Assembly: GCA_040389905.1 (NCBI GenBank)
Contig: JAZJZK010000007.1
Coordinates: forward strand, 64,001-128,000
DNA length: 64,000 bases
Source of the DNA: Gemmatimonadota bacterium
GTDB taxonomy: Bacteria > Gemmatimonadota > Gemmatimonadetes > Gemmatimonadales > Gemmatimonadaceae
Direction: 5' to 3'
Shown one piece after another: positions 1-8,978 of this stretch. The notes under the pieces are model-generated. The model did not search any database, was not told where the DNA came from, and saw only the letters and a program-made list of their open reading frames with translations. How positions within the stretch are numbered: the first letter of the stretch is position 1; each line of letters begins with the position of its first letter. The position numbers were made by a program, and so were the translations under genes.

Positions 1-165
1 CATATCCAGATTCATCCGCCCCTGCGGAAGCCTGGCTTGCTGAAGTATCTGGCGGGCCCTGAAATCGGCGGCGGGAATTTCCTGAATGATACGGCGCCCG
101 AGGAAAAGGCCGCGGAGCTTCGAGCCGTGAGCGCCGTGCACTACACCACGGCCGATGGCCGATAA
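1..165 (+). CDS. galT: Galactose-1-phosphate uridylyltransferase, C-terminal fragment (5' end outside window)
   Basis: Frame 1 reads HIQIHPPLRKPGLLKYLAGPEIGGGNFLNDTAPEEKAAELR...TAA(163-165), matching the GalT C-terminal PPLR...KYLAG.E.G...ND..PE.AA.LR pattern; lies upstream of a GHMP kinase. Confidence 0.8.
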   Translation, partial: HIQIHPPLRKPGLLKYLAGPEIGGGNFLNDTAPEEKAAELRAVSAVHYTTADGR

Positions 166-208
166 CGCTCGTTTTGTCGCCCTGAGTGAAACGAAGGGCC
201 CGCACCTC
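166..208 (+). repeat. REP-like intergenic repeat, family B (CGCTCGTTTTGTCGCCCTGAG..CGAAGGGCCtGCACCT)
   Basis: Related copies at about 8883, 10772, 13825, 23155, 61680 (partial) and 63558. Confidence 0.8.
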
Positions 209-219
209 ACGCAGTTACC

Positions 220-1221
220 ATGAACACGCTGCTCGCCCCCATTCTCGCCATGCACGACCGCATCCGCGACGCGGTCGTCGCCGCGTGCGAGCAACAGAGT
301 GCGGCCGCGATGTCGGCGGTGGCGCACGACGACGACGGCGACACCATCTACGCCGTAGATCGCGTCAGCGAGGACACGCTCGTCGCCTGTCTCGCCGACC
401 TTGCCAAGTCGGAGCCTCTCGTCCTCATCGCCGAAGGCTTGCCGTCCGAAGGCCTCGTGCTCGGCGCATCTACCGACTCAGACTGCCAGTGGCGCGTCCT
501 CGTCGACCCGATCGATGGCACGCGGGGCCTCATGTACCAGAAGCGGCCTGCGTGGATTCTCACCGGCGTTGCGCCGAATCGCGGAACGGAAACGAGGCTG
601 CGGGACATCACTCTCGCCGTACAGTCCGAAATCCCACTGGTAAAACAGCATCTGTGTGACCAGGCGTGGGCGATACGTGGACAGGGCGCCGAGGCGCAGC
701 GCATCAATCGCCTCACCGGGGAACGGCTGCCGCTGACGCTGCGGCCGTCGGGCGACTCGACGATTGCCCATGGATTCGCATCCATCAGCCGCTTCTTCCC
801 AGGCGCGCGCGATGTCCTGGCGTCGATCGATGATGAGATCGCCGTCGCGGTCTCGGGCCCGTTGGTGGATGGAAAGGCACTGTGCTTCGAGGACCAGTAC
901 ATCTCCACGGGCGGGCAGTTGTATGAGATGATGGCTGGCCACGATCGCTTCATTGCCGACATTCGTCCGCTGCTCAACGCGCTGCTGACGGCGCGTGGCA
1001 TGCCACACCCGCTCTGCTGTCATCCCTATGACCTCTGCGCCGTGCTCATCGCGGAAGAGTTGGGGCTGATCGTCACCGACGCGCACGGCAACCCGCTCGA
1101 TGCAACGATGGATCTCGAGAGCGACGTGTCGTGGGTCGGGTACGCGAACGACGCGCTCCGCGCCCGCGTTGAGCCTGCGTTGCGCGCTGCGCTCACGAGC
1201 AGGGGATTGCTCGCTACGTGA
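220..1221 (+). CDS. Inositol monophosphatase (FIG superfamily) sugar-phosphate phosphatase
   Basis: VDPIDGT metal-binding motif, AEG, PYDLCA. Confidence 0.85.
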   Translation: MNTLLAPILAMHDRIRDAVVAACEQQSAAAMSAVAHDDDGDTIYAVDRVSEDTLVACLADLAKSEPLVLIAEGLPSEGLVLGASTDSDCQWRVLVDPIDGTRGLMYQKRPAWILTGVAPNRGTETRLRDITLAVQSEIPLVKQHLCDQAWAIRGQGAEAQRINRLTGERLPLTLRPSGDSTIAHGFASISRFFPGARDVLASIDDEIAVAVSGPLVDGKALCFEDQYISTGGQLYEMMAGHDRFIADIRPLLNALLTARGMPHPLCCHPYDLCAVLIAEELGLIVTDAHGNPLDATMDLESDVSWVGYANDALRARVEPALRAALTSRGLLAT

Positions 1222-2594
1222 GCACAGCTGACGGTTTCTTCAGTGGAGATGAGCCGATCATCGTCGCGCGCGCTCCCGGCCGGCTCGACGTGATGGGCGG
1301 CATCGCGGATTACAGCGGGTCACTGGTACTTCAGCTTCCCCTCGATCGCCACACGGTGGTGACGGCGCAGCGCCAGCGCGAACCAATGCTCGACGTCGTA
1401 TCCGTGCGTGAGGGTGCGGAGTCGGTCATGCGCATGACCACCGAGGGCATTCTCGCCGTAGGTTCGAGGAGTCCCAGGCGACTCGGAGAGGCCTTCGAGC
1501 ACACACCGGACGCCCACTGGATGAGCTACATCGCCGGTGTTGCGCTTGTCGTGCTGAAGCGCCTTGGGCCAGCGGCGGCGGCGTCGCCGCTCAAGGGTCT
1601 TCGCATGCGCATCGAGTCCACTGTGCCCGAGGGAAAAGGCGTCAGCTCGTCGGCCGCGCTCGAAGTCGCTTCGCTCGCCGCGATTGCGGCGGCGTACCAC
1701 GTCGACATGACCTCCGAGGAGATCGCCCTCTCGAGCCAGTGGGCAGAGAATCATGTCGCGGGTGCGCCCTGCGGCATCATGGACCAGATGACGAGCGCCT
1801 GCGGGCGTCGTGATCACCTGCTTCGACTGCGTTGTCAGCCCGCGAGAATCGAGGGACACGTCGCCATCCCCGGCGGGTATCGGTTCTTCGGAATCGACTC
1901 CGGCGTTCGGCACGCGGTTACCGGCGCCGACTACGGCACGGTGCGCACCGCGGCGTTCATGGGGTATCGCATCATTGCGGACCTCGCGCAGTTCCCCGCT
2001 GTGCAGAAGGGAGAACTCATGCGAGTGGACGACCGTCGGTGGAACGGCTATCTGGCGAATATTGCGCCGGTCGAGTTCGTGCGAGACTTCGAAGCACGCT
2101 TGCCGGAAGCGATGTCAGGCGCGGAATTCATCGCGCGCTACCAGGGCACCACGGACTCGGTGACTCGCGTAAAGCCGGAGCGCACGTATCCCGTTCGTCA
2201 GGCGACCGCGCATCCGATTCACGAGAACGCGCGCGTGGCGGAGTTCGCAAATCTGCTCGAGCGTCTCACGTCCGATCCTGCGGCGGCGCAGCAGATGGGT
2301 CAACTCATGCACGCGTCGCACGAGAGCTACGGTGCCTGTGGACTTGGTAGCGAGGGTACCGATCGGCTCGTTGCGATGGTAACGGAATGTGGCGTGGAGA
2401 AGGGACTCTTCGGTGCAAAAATCACCGGCGGTGGCAGTGGCGGCACCGTCGCGATACTCGGCCGCACTGATGCGGAGAGTTGCGTGCGGCAGATCGCGCG
2501 CCGCTATGAAGAGGAGACGGGGCGATTCGCCGATGTGTTCGCCGGCTCAGGGGCCGGGTTGTCGTATGACACGTCTACGGGCGATACGCACTGA
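1218..2594 (+). CDS. GHMP sugar kinase (galactokinase / plant L-arabinokinase-like)
   Basis: [32 protein letters not shown] loop, [21 protein letters not shown] overlap with upstream gene. Confidence 0.9.
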   Translation: MSTADGFFSGDEPIIVARAPGRLDVMGGIADYSGSLVLQLPLDRHTVVTAQRQREPMLDVVSVREGAESVMRMTTEGILAVGSRSPRRLGEAFEHTPDAHWMSYIAGVALVVLKRLGPAAAASPLKGLRMRIESTVPEGKGVSSSAALEVASLAAIAAAYHVDMTSEEIALSSQWAENHVAGAPCGIMDQMTSACGRRDHLLRLRCQPARIEGHVAIPGGYRFFGIDSGVRHAVTGADYGTVRTAAFMGYRIIADLAQFPAVQKGELMRVDDRRWNGYLANIAPVEFVRDFEARLPEAMSGAEFIARYQGTTDSVTRVKPERTYPVRQATAHPIHENARVAEFANLLERLTSDPAAAQQMGQLMHASHESYGACGLGSEGTDRLVAMVTECGVEKGLFGAKITGGGSGGTVAILGRTDAESCVRQIARRYEEETGRFADVFAGSGAGLSYDTSTGDTH

Positions 2595-3057
2595 GCACGA
2601 GCCCGTCCTTCTTCATCTGGTCGTGACACGCATAACACTGCTGCGGCGTCGGTGCTGCTGCGAGTTCCGTCTTGCTGTCCTTCACGAAGCGCTGGAACCC
2701 CCAGCCGCCGGTGCTCGCATACGTCACTGAGTCCTTGACCATCACGTCGACCTGACGACGCGCGCCCTCGGCGAACGCGCCGTTCGACTCGGACATCGCC
2801 AGCCAGTCGAACACGACGACTGAACCCTCCGGGAAAACGCGTGTGCGATAGCCGGTCATCGCTTGCGTGTTTGCGTAGATGTGCTGGAAGCCGCCCTGGC
2901 TCGCGAAGTTCTTGTGGCTGGGGCTGACGACGCTGCTCTTCACGTGCGTCCAACCACGGTACCCGTCGGGGTAGGGAACGGCGTCCGCGCTATGACTGCG
3001 AGCGGCGGCAACACTTCCTGTGATGAAGAGCAGCGCGAGGGGGACGATGAGCCTCAT
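2575..3057 (-). CDS. Cytochrome P460-fold c-type cytochrome, probably cytochrome c'-beta
   Basis: Signal peptide, YRGW, HIYAN, FPEGSVVVFD, VMVKD..TGGWGF, C-terminal CYACH heme motif. Confidence 0.85.
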   Translation of the reverse strand: MRLIVPLALLFITGSVAAARSHSADAVPYPDGYRGWTHVKSSVVSPSHKNFASQGGFQHIYANTQAMTGYRTRVFPEGSVVVFDWLAMSESNGAFAEGARRQVDVMVKDSVTYASTGGWGFQRFVKDSKTELAAAPTPQQCYACHDQMKKDGLVLSAYRP

Positions 3058-3184
3058 TGAATGCTCCGAGTCGGATTCTTCGCGCCGCTGGCCGACGCCA
3101 TCAGTATCACCCCGCGCAGGGCACTTCCGTCATTCCGAGGGTGTTGGGCCATTGGGCGCGTGAACCGCTCACCGCTCCCAATTT

Positions 3185-3268
3185 CCGCCCGCGCCCGCAC
3201 CCGAGCCCGGGTCCGAGCCTGCAGGCAAGCCCCAGCCCCGGCCCTAGCCCAAGCCCGCGGTTGGCCCG
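3185..3268. repeat. Degenerate 6-bp-period (GCCC-core) low-complexity intergenic repeat
   Basis: gcccgc gcccgc acccga gcccgg gtccga gcctgc ... gcccca gccccg gcccta gcccaa gcccgc. Confidence 0.6.
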
Positions 3269-3313
3269 TGACGCAGAGGGCGCGGAGAAGAGGAAATCGG
3301 AAAGTCGAGGTTC

Positions 3314-4687
3314 CTAGCGGAGCACCGAGTTGCCATCGGGACCCAGGAACGCCGCGAGCCGCTGCGCAGGAACGGCATACACGATCCGCCCGCCGCTCTC
3401 CTTCGCGCCGCCGTAGATCACGCCAACCACCGTGCCCGAGGCGTCGAACAGCGGTGAGCCGCTCGACCCATGTCCCGCGAAGGAGTCCATCTGGATCACG
3501 TCATCGAGACGCTTGCTCACGGTGCCCGGCGTGATCGTCGTTCGCGCGACCAGGTCCGTCAGCGACGACCCGCCCATCGGCGTGTCGTTGGCAAGCGGAT
3601 ATCCGATCGACGCGACCGGCGCGCCCACCTTCGCCAGTTGTCCTTCACGACTCACGCCGCTCACGACGGGCCGCGGTGTGGTGCCGTCGATCTGAATGAG
3701 GGCGAGATCATCCGTGTCGCTCACGCGGACGATCTTCGCCGGCGTCCAGCCTTGCTTGTTCGCGAACAACACCGCGATCCGCCGAGCAGGCTGGCCCGCT
3801 TCCGTGCGCACGACGTGCTTGTTGGTCACCAGCAAGCCGCTCGCAGAAATGCAGAACGCCGTACCCGCCGTCGGAACCCCATCGAGATCGGACACCACCA
3901 TCGCGACTGCGGCGTCATTCAACGTGGACACTTTGCTGAAATCCATCTGGAGCGCGGCGGGCGACTGGCGCATTCGCTGCGAGAGCGCCTCCACAGAGCC
4001 CGCGGTCATCGTACCACCGGCGATCATCGCCTTCGCTCGCTGGATCTCGCCCTCCTTCTCGGCGATCTCCTGCTTGAGGCGATTCATCAACGCCGTGTCC
4101 GTCGCCGGAATCGACGCAAGCGCCTTCTGCAGTGCGGCCGTCGTGCTATCGCCGCGCGCGATGAGCGCGGCATACTCTGCCTCGCGCGCGGCACTCTGTT
4201 TTTGCGTCCACGCAAACGCCGCGGCGCCCGCGATCACGAGAAGCCCGATGACCACCGCAAAAGTGTTGCGAAGGGTCTTGGTTTGCTTCTTGACTTCGAT
4301 CGCCACGCGCACGCCGGTGTCGATGCGCTTGGCGCCCGGTGCGGCCGCACTTCCCGCGGGCGGCGACTTCCTCGACGCACCGACGCCACGCACTTCGACG
4401 CGCGGTCCGTTCGCACCGAACGTGATGATGTCGCCATCGTAGATGCGACATTCGCCGGTCACGCGCTCGCCATTCACCAGCGTGCCGTTCGTGCTCCCCA
4501 GATCGGTGACGATCCACCCATCGGCATTCTTGCGGAGCTCAGCGTGACGAGTCGAGACGTCGAGGTCCTTCTGCGGATCGAACCGCACGTCGCTCGTCGC
4601 ATGCCGGCCGACGCTGACTTCCTCCGTATCGAAACGCAGTTCGTGGCCGGCACGTGAGCCGCTCAGGACCTTGAGCTCGAGCGTCAT
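3314..4687 (-). CDS. FHA domain - transmembrane - coiled coil - trypsin-like serine protease
   Basis: FHA (VGR...VSTRHA...DLGSTNGT), TM helix, triad motifs TNKHVV / DDLAL / GSSGSP; ATG at 4687 overlaps the upstream stop (ATGA). Confidence 0.9.
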   Translation of the reverse strand: MTLELKVLSGSRAGHELRFDTEEVSVGRHATSDVRFDPQKDLDVSTRHAELRKNADGWIVTDLGSTNGTLVNGERVTGECRIYDGDIITFGANGPRVEVRGVGASRKSPPAGSAAAPGAKRIDTGVRVAIEVKKQTKTLRNTFAVVIGLLVIAGAAAFAWTQKQSAAREAEYAALIARGDSTTAALQKALASIPATDTALMNRLKQEIAEKEGEIQRAKAMIAGGTMTAGSVEALSQRMRQSPAALQMDFSKVSTLNDAAVAMVVSDLDGVPTAGTAFCISASGLLVTNKHVVRTEAGQPARRIAVLFANKQGWTPAKIVRVSDTDDLALIQIDGTTPRPVVSGVSREGQLAKVGAPVASIGYPLANDTPMGGSSLTDLVARTTITPGTVSKRLDDVIQMDSFAGHGSSGSPLFDASGTVVGVIYGGAKESGGRIVYAVPAQRLAAFLGPDGNSVLR

Positions 4688-5880
4688 GTGGGCGTGACTG
4701 CGGGCGGCGCGGCCTTCTTCGGTGCCATTCGCGAAACTGTGCGGTAAACGGCCCACATCGCGCCGAGGAGAAAAGCGAGCATCAGGACCAGCGCGATGAT
4801 CGAGCCACGTGTGCGGCGCTTCGCGGACACCGCCGGGGCCGTGCGAAATGCCGCGAGGGGATCGTCTTGCGGAGCGATCTTGAGCGTTGGCCGCCGAGCC
4901 TCGTCGATTCGGACGGCGTTCGTTGGCGCGGTGACGTTGCCGGGTGGCGCCGTGCCGCGCGATGCGGCGGGACTCTGGCCAGAATCCGTTGGTAACGGGA
5001 AGACGCGATGCCCAACGTCATCTCCCGAAACCGCGTGCACCAGTCCGGTCCCGTCGAATCGCACGGCGATGACCGTGATGTTATCCGGCCCACCATTCTC
5101 GTTCGCGCGGTCGATCAGGCGCTTGCACACCTGCATGAGATCGGGCTCGTCGGTCGCGACGCGCGAGATCTCGTCGATCTTCACCTGGCCGCTCAACCCA
5201 TCACTGCACAGGATCAGCACATCGCCGGTGCGCACCTGTTGGTGCGTCAGATCGACTTTGACGTTCGCCTCCGGGCCAAGCGCCTGAAGGATGATGTTAC
5301 GTCGCTCGCTCTGCTCGGCTTCCTCTTCGGTGATTTCGCCGGCTTCGATGAGCTTCTGCATCAACGATTGGTCCTTCGTGATCTGCATCGCTGTGCCGTC
5401 GCGCACGAGATACGCTCGGCTGTCGCCGACCTGCGCGAGGAACAGCGTGTCGCCCAGGACGCATGCGATCGTCGCCGTCGTACCCATGCCGCGGTACTCC
5501 GGATGCTCGAGCGCATACTGGTGGATGCGCGCGTTGGCGGTCGCCGTCGCCCGCTTGAGGGCAGCGGCGTACGTCTCCTTGTCCGGGGCGTCGGCCTCGG
5601 CGAAGGCGCCCGACAGCTCACCGAGGACGACCTCGATGGCCATCGCGCTGGCGATTTCGCCGGCCGCGGCGCCGCCCATGCCGTCGGCCACCATGAACAG
5701 CGATCCACGGTCACCCACGATGTGTGTGCGTACCTCTGGTTGGAGAGTCGCATTGCCGCGAGTCAGGTCCGCAACGACGAACGCGTCCTCGTTGTGCTCA
5801 CGAGTGCGTCCAACGTCCGTTCGGCCAAAGACGTGGACGACGACTTGTCCAATCGATCCCGATTCTTGGGGTGCAGTCAC
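4684..5880 (-). CDS. PP2C/Stp1-family Ser/Thr protein phosphatase with C-terminal TM
   Basis: GRTREHNED, VADGMGG, GMGTT, VGDSRAY, CSDGL, GGPDNIT. Confidence 0.95.
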   Translation of the reverse strand: MTAPQESGSIGQVVVHVFGRTDVGRTREHNEDAFVVADLTRGNATLQPEVRTHIVGDRGSLFMVADGMGGAAAGEIASAMAIEVVLGELSGAFAEADAPDKETYAAALKRATATANARIHQYALEHPEYRGMGTTATIACVLGDTLFLAQVGDSRAYLVRDGTAMQITKDQSLMQKLIEAGEITEEEAEQSERRNIILQALGPEANVKVDLTHQQVRTGDVLILCSDGLSGQVKIDEISRVATDEPDLMQVCKRLIDRANENGGPDNITVIAVRFDGTGLVHAVSGDDVGHRVFPLPTDSGQSPAASRGTAPPGNVTAPTNAVRIDEARRPTLKIAPQDDPLAAFRTAPAVSAKRRTRGSIIALVLMLAFLLGAMWAVYRTVSRMAPKKAAPPAVTPT

Positions 5881-5884
5881 AGGA

Positions 5885-7570
5885 TCACGGCGTTCCGCAG
5901 GATTGAAGTGCTTCGGTGAAGTCGGATTTTAACTCACCGTGGAGGTCGTTTGCCCGAAGTACCCGCAAGAGACGACAGCCTTTCTCCGCGCCCACCGCAA
6001 TCATCGTCGCCTTGGCTTCGACGAACGCCATGGCGGCCTTGTCGGCAGGCAAGGTCACTTTCGCTTCGTAGTCTGCCAGCTTCTTGAGTGCAGCCTGCGC
6101 TGTTACGTCGTTGATGATCGAATTCGAGAGCGACAGCAGATCTGCGTCATATGACACTGCGACGATCGGCCCGGTTGTACCCGCCGGCGGATTGACCGCG
6201 CCAGCAGCCTTCGTGCCGGGGTTGCCGGAGCCCTGACCACCCGTGTTTCCTCGATTGCCGGTGTTGGACGCACCAGATGGAGTTTGTGTCGCCGGTGGCG
6301 CCGTCGCTGTGACCGGCGTCGCAGCTTTTGACGTATCGGTGCCCGGCGGCGCGTCCTTTTTCCCCATCTGCGTGTACGCCACGAAGGCGATCGCCACGGC
6401 TGCCACACCCACGCCGACGTACAGTCCCGTGCTCGACTTGGCAGGAGCGGCAGGAGGCGCGTACGCGGGCGGAGGCGCAACAGGAGCCACCGGTGCCGGT
6501 GCAGGCGCGGCCGACGCACTCGCGTCGATCCGCGTCGGCGGCGGGGCACTCATCACCGCGGTCGCGCCGTCTATCGCGCCTACCATCTGAGTCGCGGCGG
6601 GCGCCTGTTTCGGCATCCGCTCGACCGCCACGAGCAGGTCGGTCCCAAAGTCCGATGCCTTGCCGTACCGGTCTTCGCGGCGTCGCTGCAATGCCTTCCG
6701 CATCACACTCTGGACCTCCGCAGACCAACTCCGGTCGGGCTTCATTTCCTGGAGCGACTTCGGCTCATCCGTGAGCCGCATGATCATCGACTCCTGCGCC
6801 GACTCGCTGGGGAAGGGAAGCTTGCCCGTGAACATGTTGAACGCCACGAGCGCCAGCGAATAGATGTCACTTCGCCCGTCCAATTTGTCACCGGCGAGCT
6901 GCTCGGGGCTCATGTACTCCGGCGTCCCAACCACGAGTCCCGTCTTCGTCACCTTCTGGTTCTCGGCGCCGGCCGCTTTCGCGATGCCGAAATCGACCAC
7001 CTTCACGCAATCCGACCCGTCGCGATTCTTCGCGATCATGATGTTATCGGGCTTGAGATCGCGATGGACGATTCCCATGTCGTGCGCAACGGCGAGGCCG
7101 TCTGCCGCCTGCTTGGTGATGTCCGCCGCGCGCGTCGGCGGCAGCGCACCAGCGGATTCCACCAGCGCCGTGAGCGACTGCCCCTCGATGAACTCCATCG
7201 CGAGGTAGATCAGCCCGTCCGGCGTTTCACCGAAGTCGTAGATGCCCGCGACGTTCGGGTGGTTGATCCGGCTCGCGTTCGCCGCCTCGCGATTGAAGCG
7301 GCTGATCGCGTCGGCGTCGTGCACCATGCCGGGGTTCATCACCTTCACAGCGCTCTTGCGCCCCATCTTCACGTGTTCGGCGAGATACACCTGACCCATC
7401 CCGCCTTCGCCCAACTTCTTGAGCACGTGATATCGCTCGGCGATGATCGATCCGACGAGGTCGTTGCTCTCGCCGCCCTGCGAGCGCAGGGCCGTGCCGT
7501 CCCGGGGGCAGAAACGTTCGTTCGCGGGGTACTCCGTGCCGCAGGTCGGGCAGATCTTTTCAACACTCAC
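5885..7570 (-). CDS. Hanks-type Ser/Thr protein kinase with N-terminal zinc ribbon and TM
   Basis: CPTC...FCPRDG, LGEGGMG, AVK, HRDLKPDN, DFGIAK, GTPEYMSPEQ. Confidence 0.95.
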   Translation of the reverse strand: MSVEKICPTCGTEYPANERFCPRDGTALRSQGGESNDLVGSIIAERYHVLKKLGEGGMGQVYLAEHVKMGRKSAVKVMNPGMVHDADAISRFNREAANASRINHPNVAGIYDFGETPDGLIYLAMEFIEGQSLTALVESAGALPPTRAADITKQAADGLAVAHDMGIVHRDLKPDNIMIAKNRDGSDCVKVVDFGIAKAAGAENQKVTKTGLVVGTPEYMSPEQLAGDKLDGRSDIYSLALVAFNMFTGKLPFPSESAQESMIMRLTDEPKSLQEMKPDRSWSAEVQSVMRKALQRRREDRYGKASDFGTDLLVAVERMPKQAPAATQMVGAIDGATAVMSAPPPTRIDASASAAPAPAPVAPVAPPPAYAPPAAPAKSSTGLYVGVGVAAVAIAFVAYTQMGKKDAPPGTDTSKAATPVTATAPPATQTPSGASNTGNRGNTGGQGSGNPGTKAAGAVNPPAGTTGPIVAVSYDADLLSLSNSIINDVTAQAALKKLADYEAKVTLPADKAAMAFVEAKATMIAVGAEKGCRLLRVLRANDLHGELKSDFTEALQSCGTP

Positions 7571-8652
7571 GAGCCGACACTCTCTATGCGAAGGATCTGG
7601 TCTCCAATGAGAACGCGCTGCCCCGGCTTGAGCACGCGGTCGCCGCGGACGCCCACCGCCACACCGTTGCGGCTGCCCGCATCGTGGACGAAGAACTCCG
7701 CATCCTGACTTCGAATCTCTGCGTGTTTCCCACTCATGGTTTGATCGTACGGGAAAACCCAGTCGCCTGATTCGCGGCCGAGCAACACGGTGCGAGCGGG
7801 AGAAAGGTGGAAGGTGTCGCGCACGCTGCCATCGGCGCGGAGCTGCTCCAGCACGGCGACGTCGGCGGACGGCACCAGGGAGCCCATGCGTCGCGTGGCG
7901 TCGGCCTCGGGTGGATGCGGGCCCGGATAGCCGAGGCGCCGGAAGCGAATGAGCTGCGACCCGACGAGGATCACGTCACAATCGGCGAGCCGTGTCGGCC
8001 CATCGATGAACGTCCACGTCCCGTTTCGCGAACCGAGGTCGCGGATCCAGAGCTCGCCGTCGCGAAGGTCGAACCGCGCGTGGAGCGGCGAGAGAAACAC
8101 GTCTTCGAACTTGATATCGGCTTCGCCGCGGCCCACGACGGCCTCGCCCCGATCGAGCGTGAACGTCTTCGAGATCGCTCCGTTGTCGTCGAGCAGCGCG
8201 AGCCGAGGGCTGTTCTCGGGAGGCGTCCCCACGAGTGTGCCGAACGCGTTGTTGACTTCCACGCTCACACGCTGGCCGACGCGGGTGCCGCACCGCGCGC
8301 AGAACAAATCCACGCCATCCATATAGGTAGCGCCGCAGGTCCAGCACGCTCCCGACCCGACGGATGCGGTGACGCGCGTACCACAATGGCCGCAGAACGG
8401 CTGCGTGAGGTCAACGTCCTTGGCACACTTCGGGCACGTCTGCGAGTCCGCGGCCGGCGGGCGCGGGGGTTGCACCAACGCCCCGGAACCGACGGCGGCG
8501 CCTGGTATGGGCGCGCTGTTGCGGATCACGGGCGCAGCCGTGGGCATTGGCCGAGCCGCCGATGCAGAAATCGGCTTGCCGCAGTCCATGCAGAAGCGGG
8601 ACACCGGCTCGTTGTCACGGCCGCAGAAGGCGCAGGAGACGAGTTCCGTCAC
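7567..8652 (-). CDS. Multiple zinc-ribbon plus tandem FHA domain protein
   Basis: Six CxxC motifs, then two FHA domains (GR..S..HA..GSRNG). Confidence 0.9.
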   Translation of the reverse strand: MTELVSCAFCGRDNEPVSRFCMDCGKPISASAARPMPTAAPVIRNSAPIPGAAVGSGALVQPPRPPAADSQTCPKCAKDVDLTQPFCGHCGTRVTASVGSGACWTCGATYMDGVDLFCARCGTRVGQRVSVEVNNAFGTLVGTPPENSPRLALLDDNGAISKTFTLDRGEAVVGRGEADIKFEDVFLSPLHARFDLRDGELWIRDLGSRNGTWTFIDGPTRLADCDVILVGSQLIRFRRLGYPGPHPPEADATRRMGSLVPSADVAVLEQLRADGSVRDTFHLSPARTVLLGRESGDWVFPYDQTMSGKHAEIRSQDAEFFVHDAGSRNGVAVGVRGDRVLKPGQRVLIGDQILRIESVGS

Positions 8653-8756
8653 GAGAGATTGGAGGCAACCATGTGGCGCGAATATATGGGGCGCGAAACA
8701 GGGGCGTCAACAAACCGGCCAGTATTCAATGTCATTCGTCCCAATTGAGAAGAATT

Positions 8757-8921
8757 GTCACCCCCACGGTCATCCCGAGCGATTGGGCAAACTACCTGTC
8801 ATCCCGAGCGAGCGAAGCGAAGAGCTGTCATCCCGAGCGAGCGAAGCGAGTCGAGGGATCTGCACCTTCAGTTCCGCCCTTCCGCTCGTTTGTCGCCCGG
8901 GCAAAACGAAGGGCCTGCACA
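8757..8921 (+). repeat. Cluster of REP-like repeats: family A (TGTCATCCCGAGCG...CGAGGGATCTGCAC) x3 plus family B
   Basis: Tandem (t)gtcatcccgagcga copies; related copies at 13781, 16177 and 23059. Confidence 0.85.
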
Positions 8922-8978
8922 CTCCCGCGACGTGCCCAGCGTAGCCTGCTCCAGCGAACCTCGTTTACCTTAACTCCC

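Noticed and set aside
8547..8978. N-terminal extensions of the amidase, AraC, hybrid kinase and 47471 ORFs
   Set aside because: They run through repeats or neighbouring genes; downstream starts give proper signal peptides or domain starts
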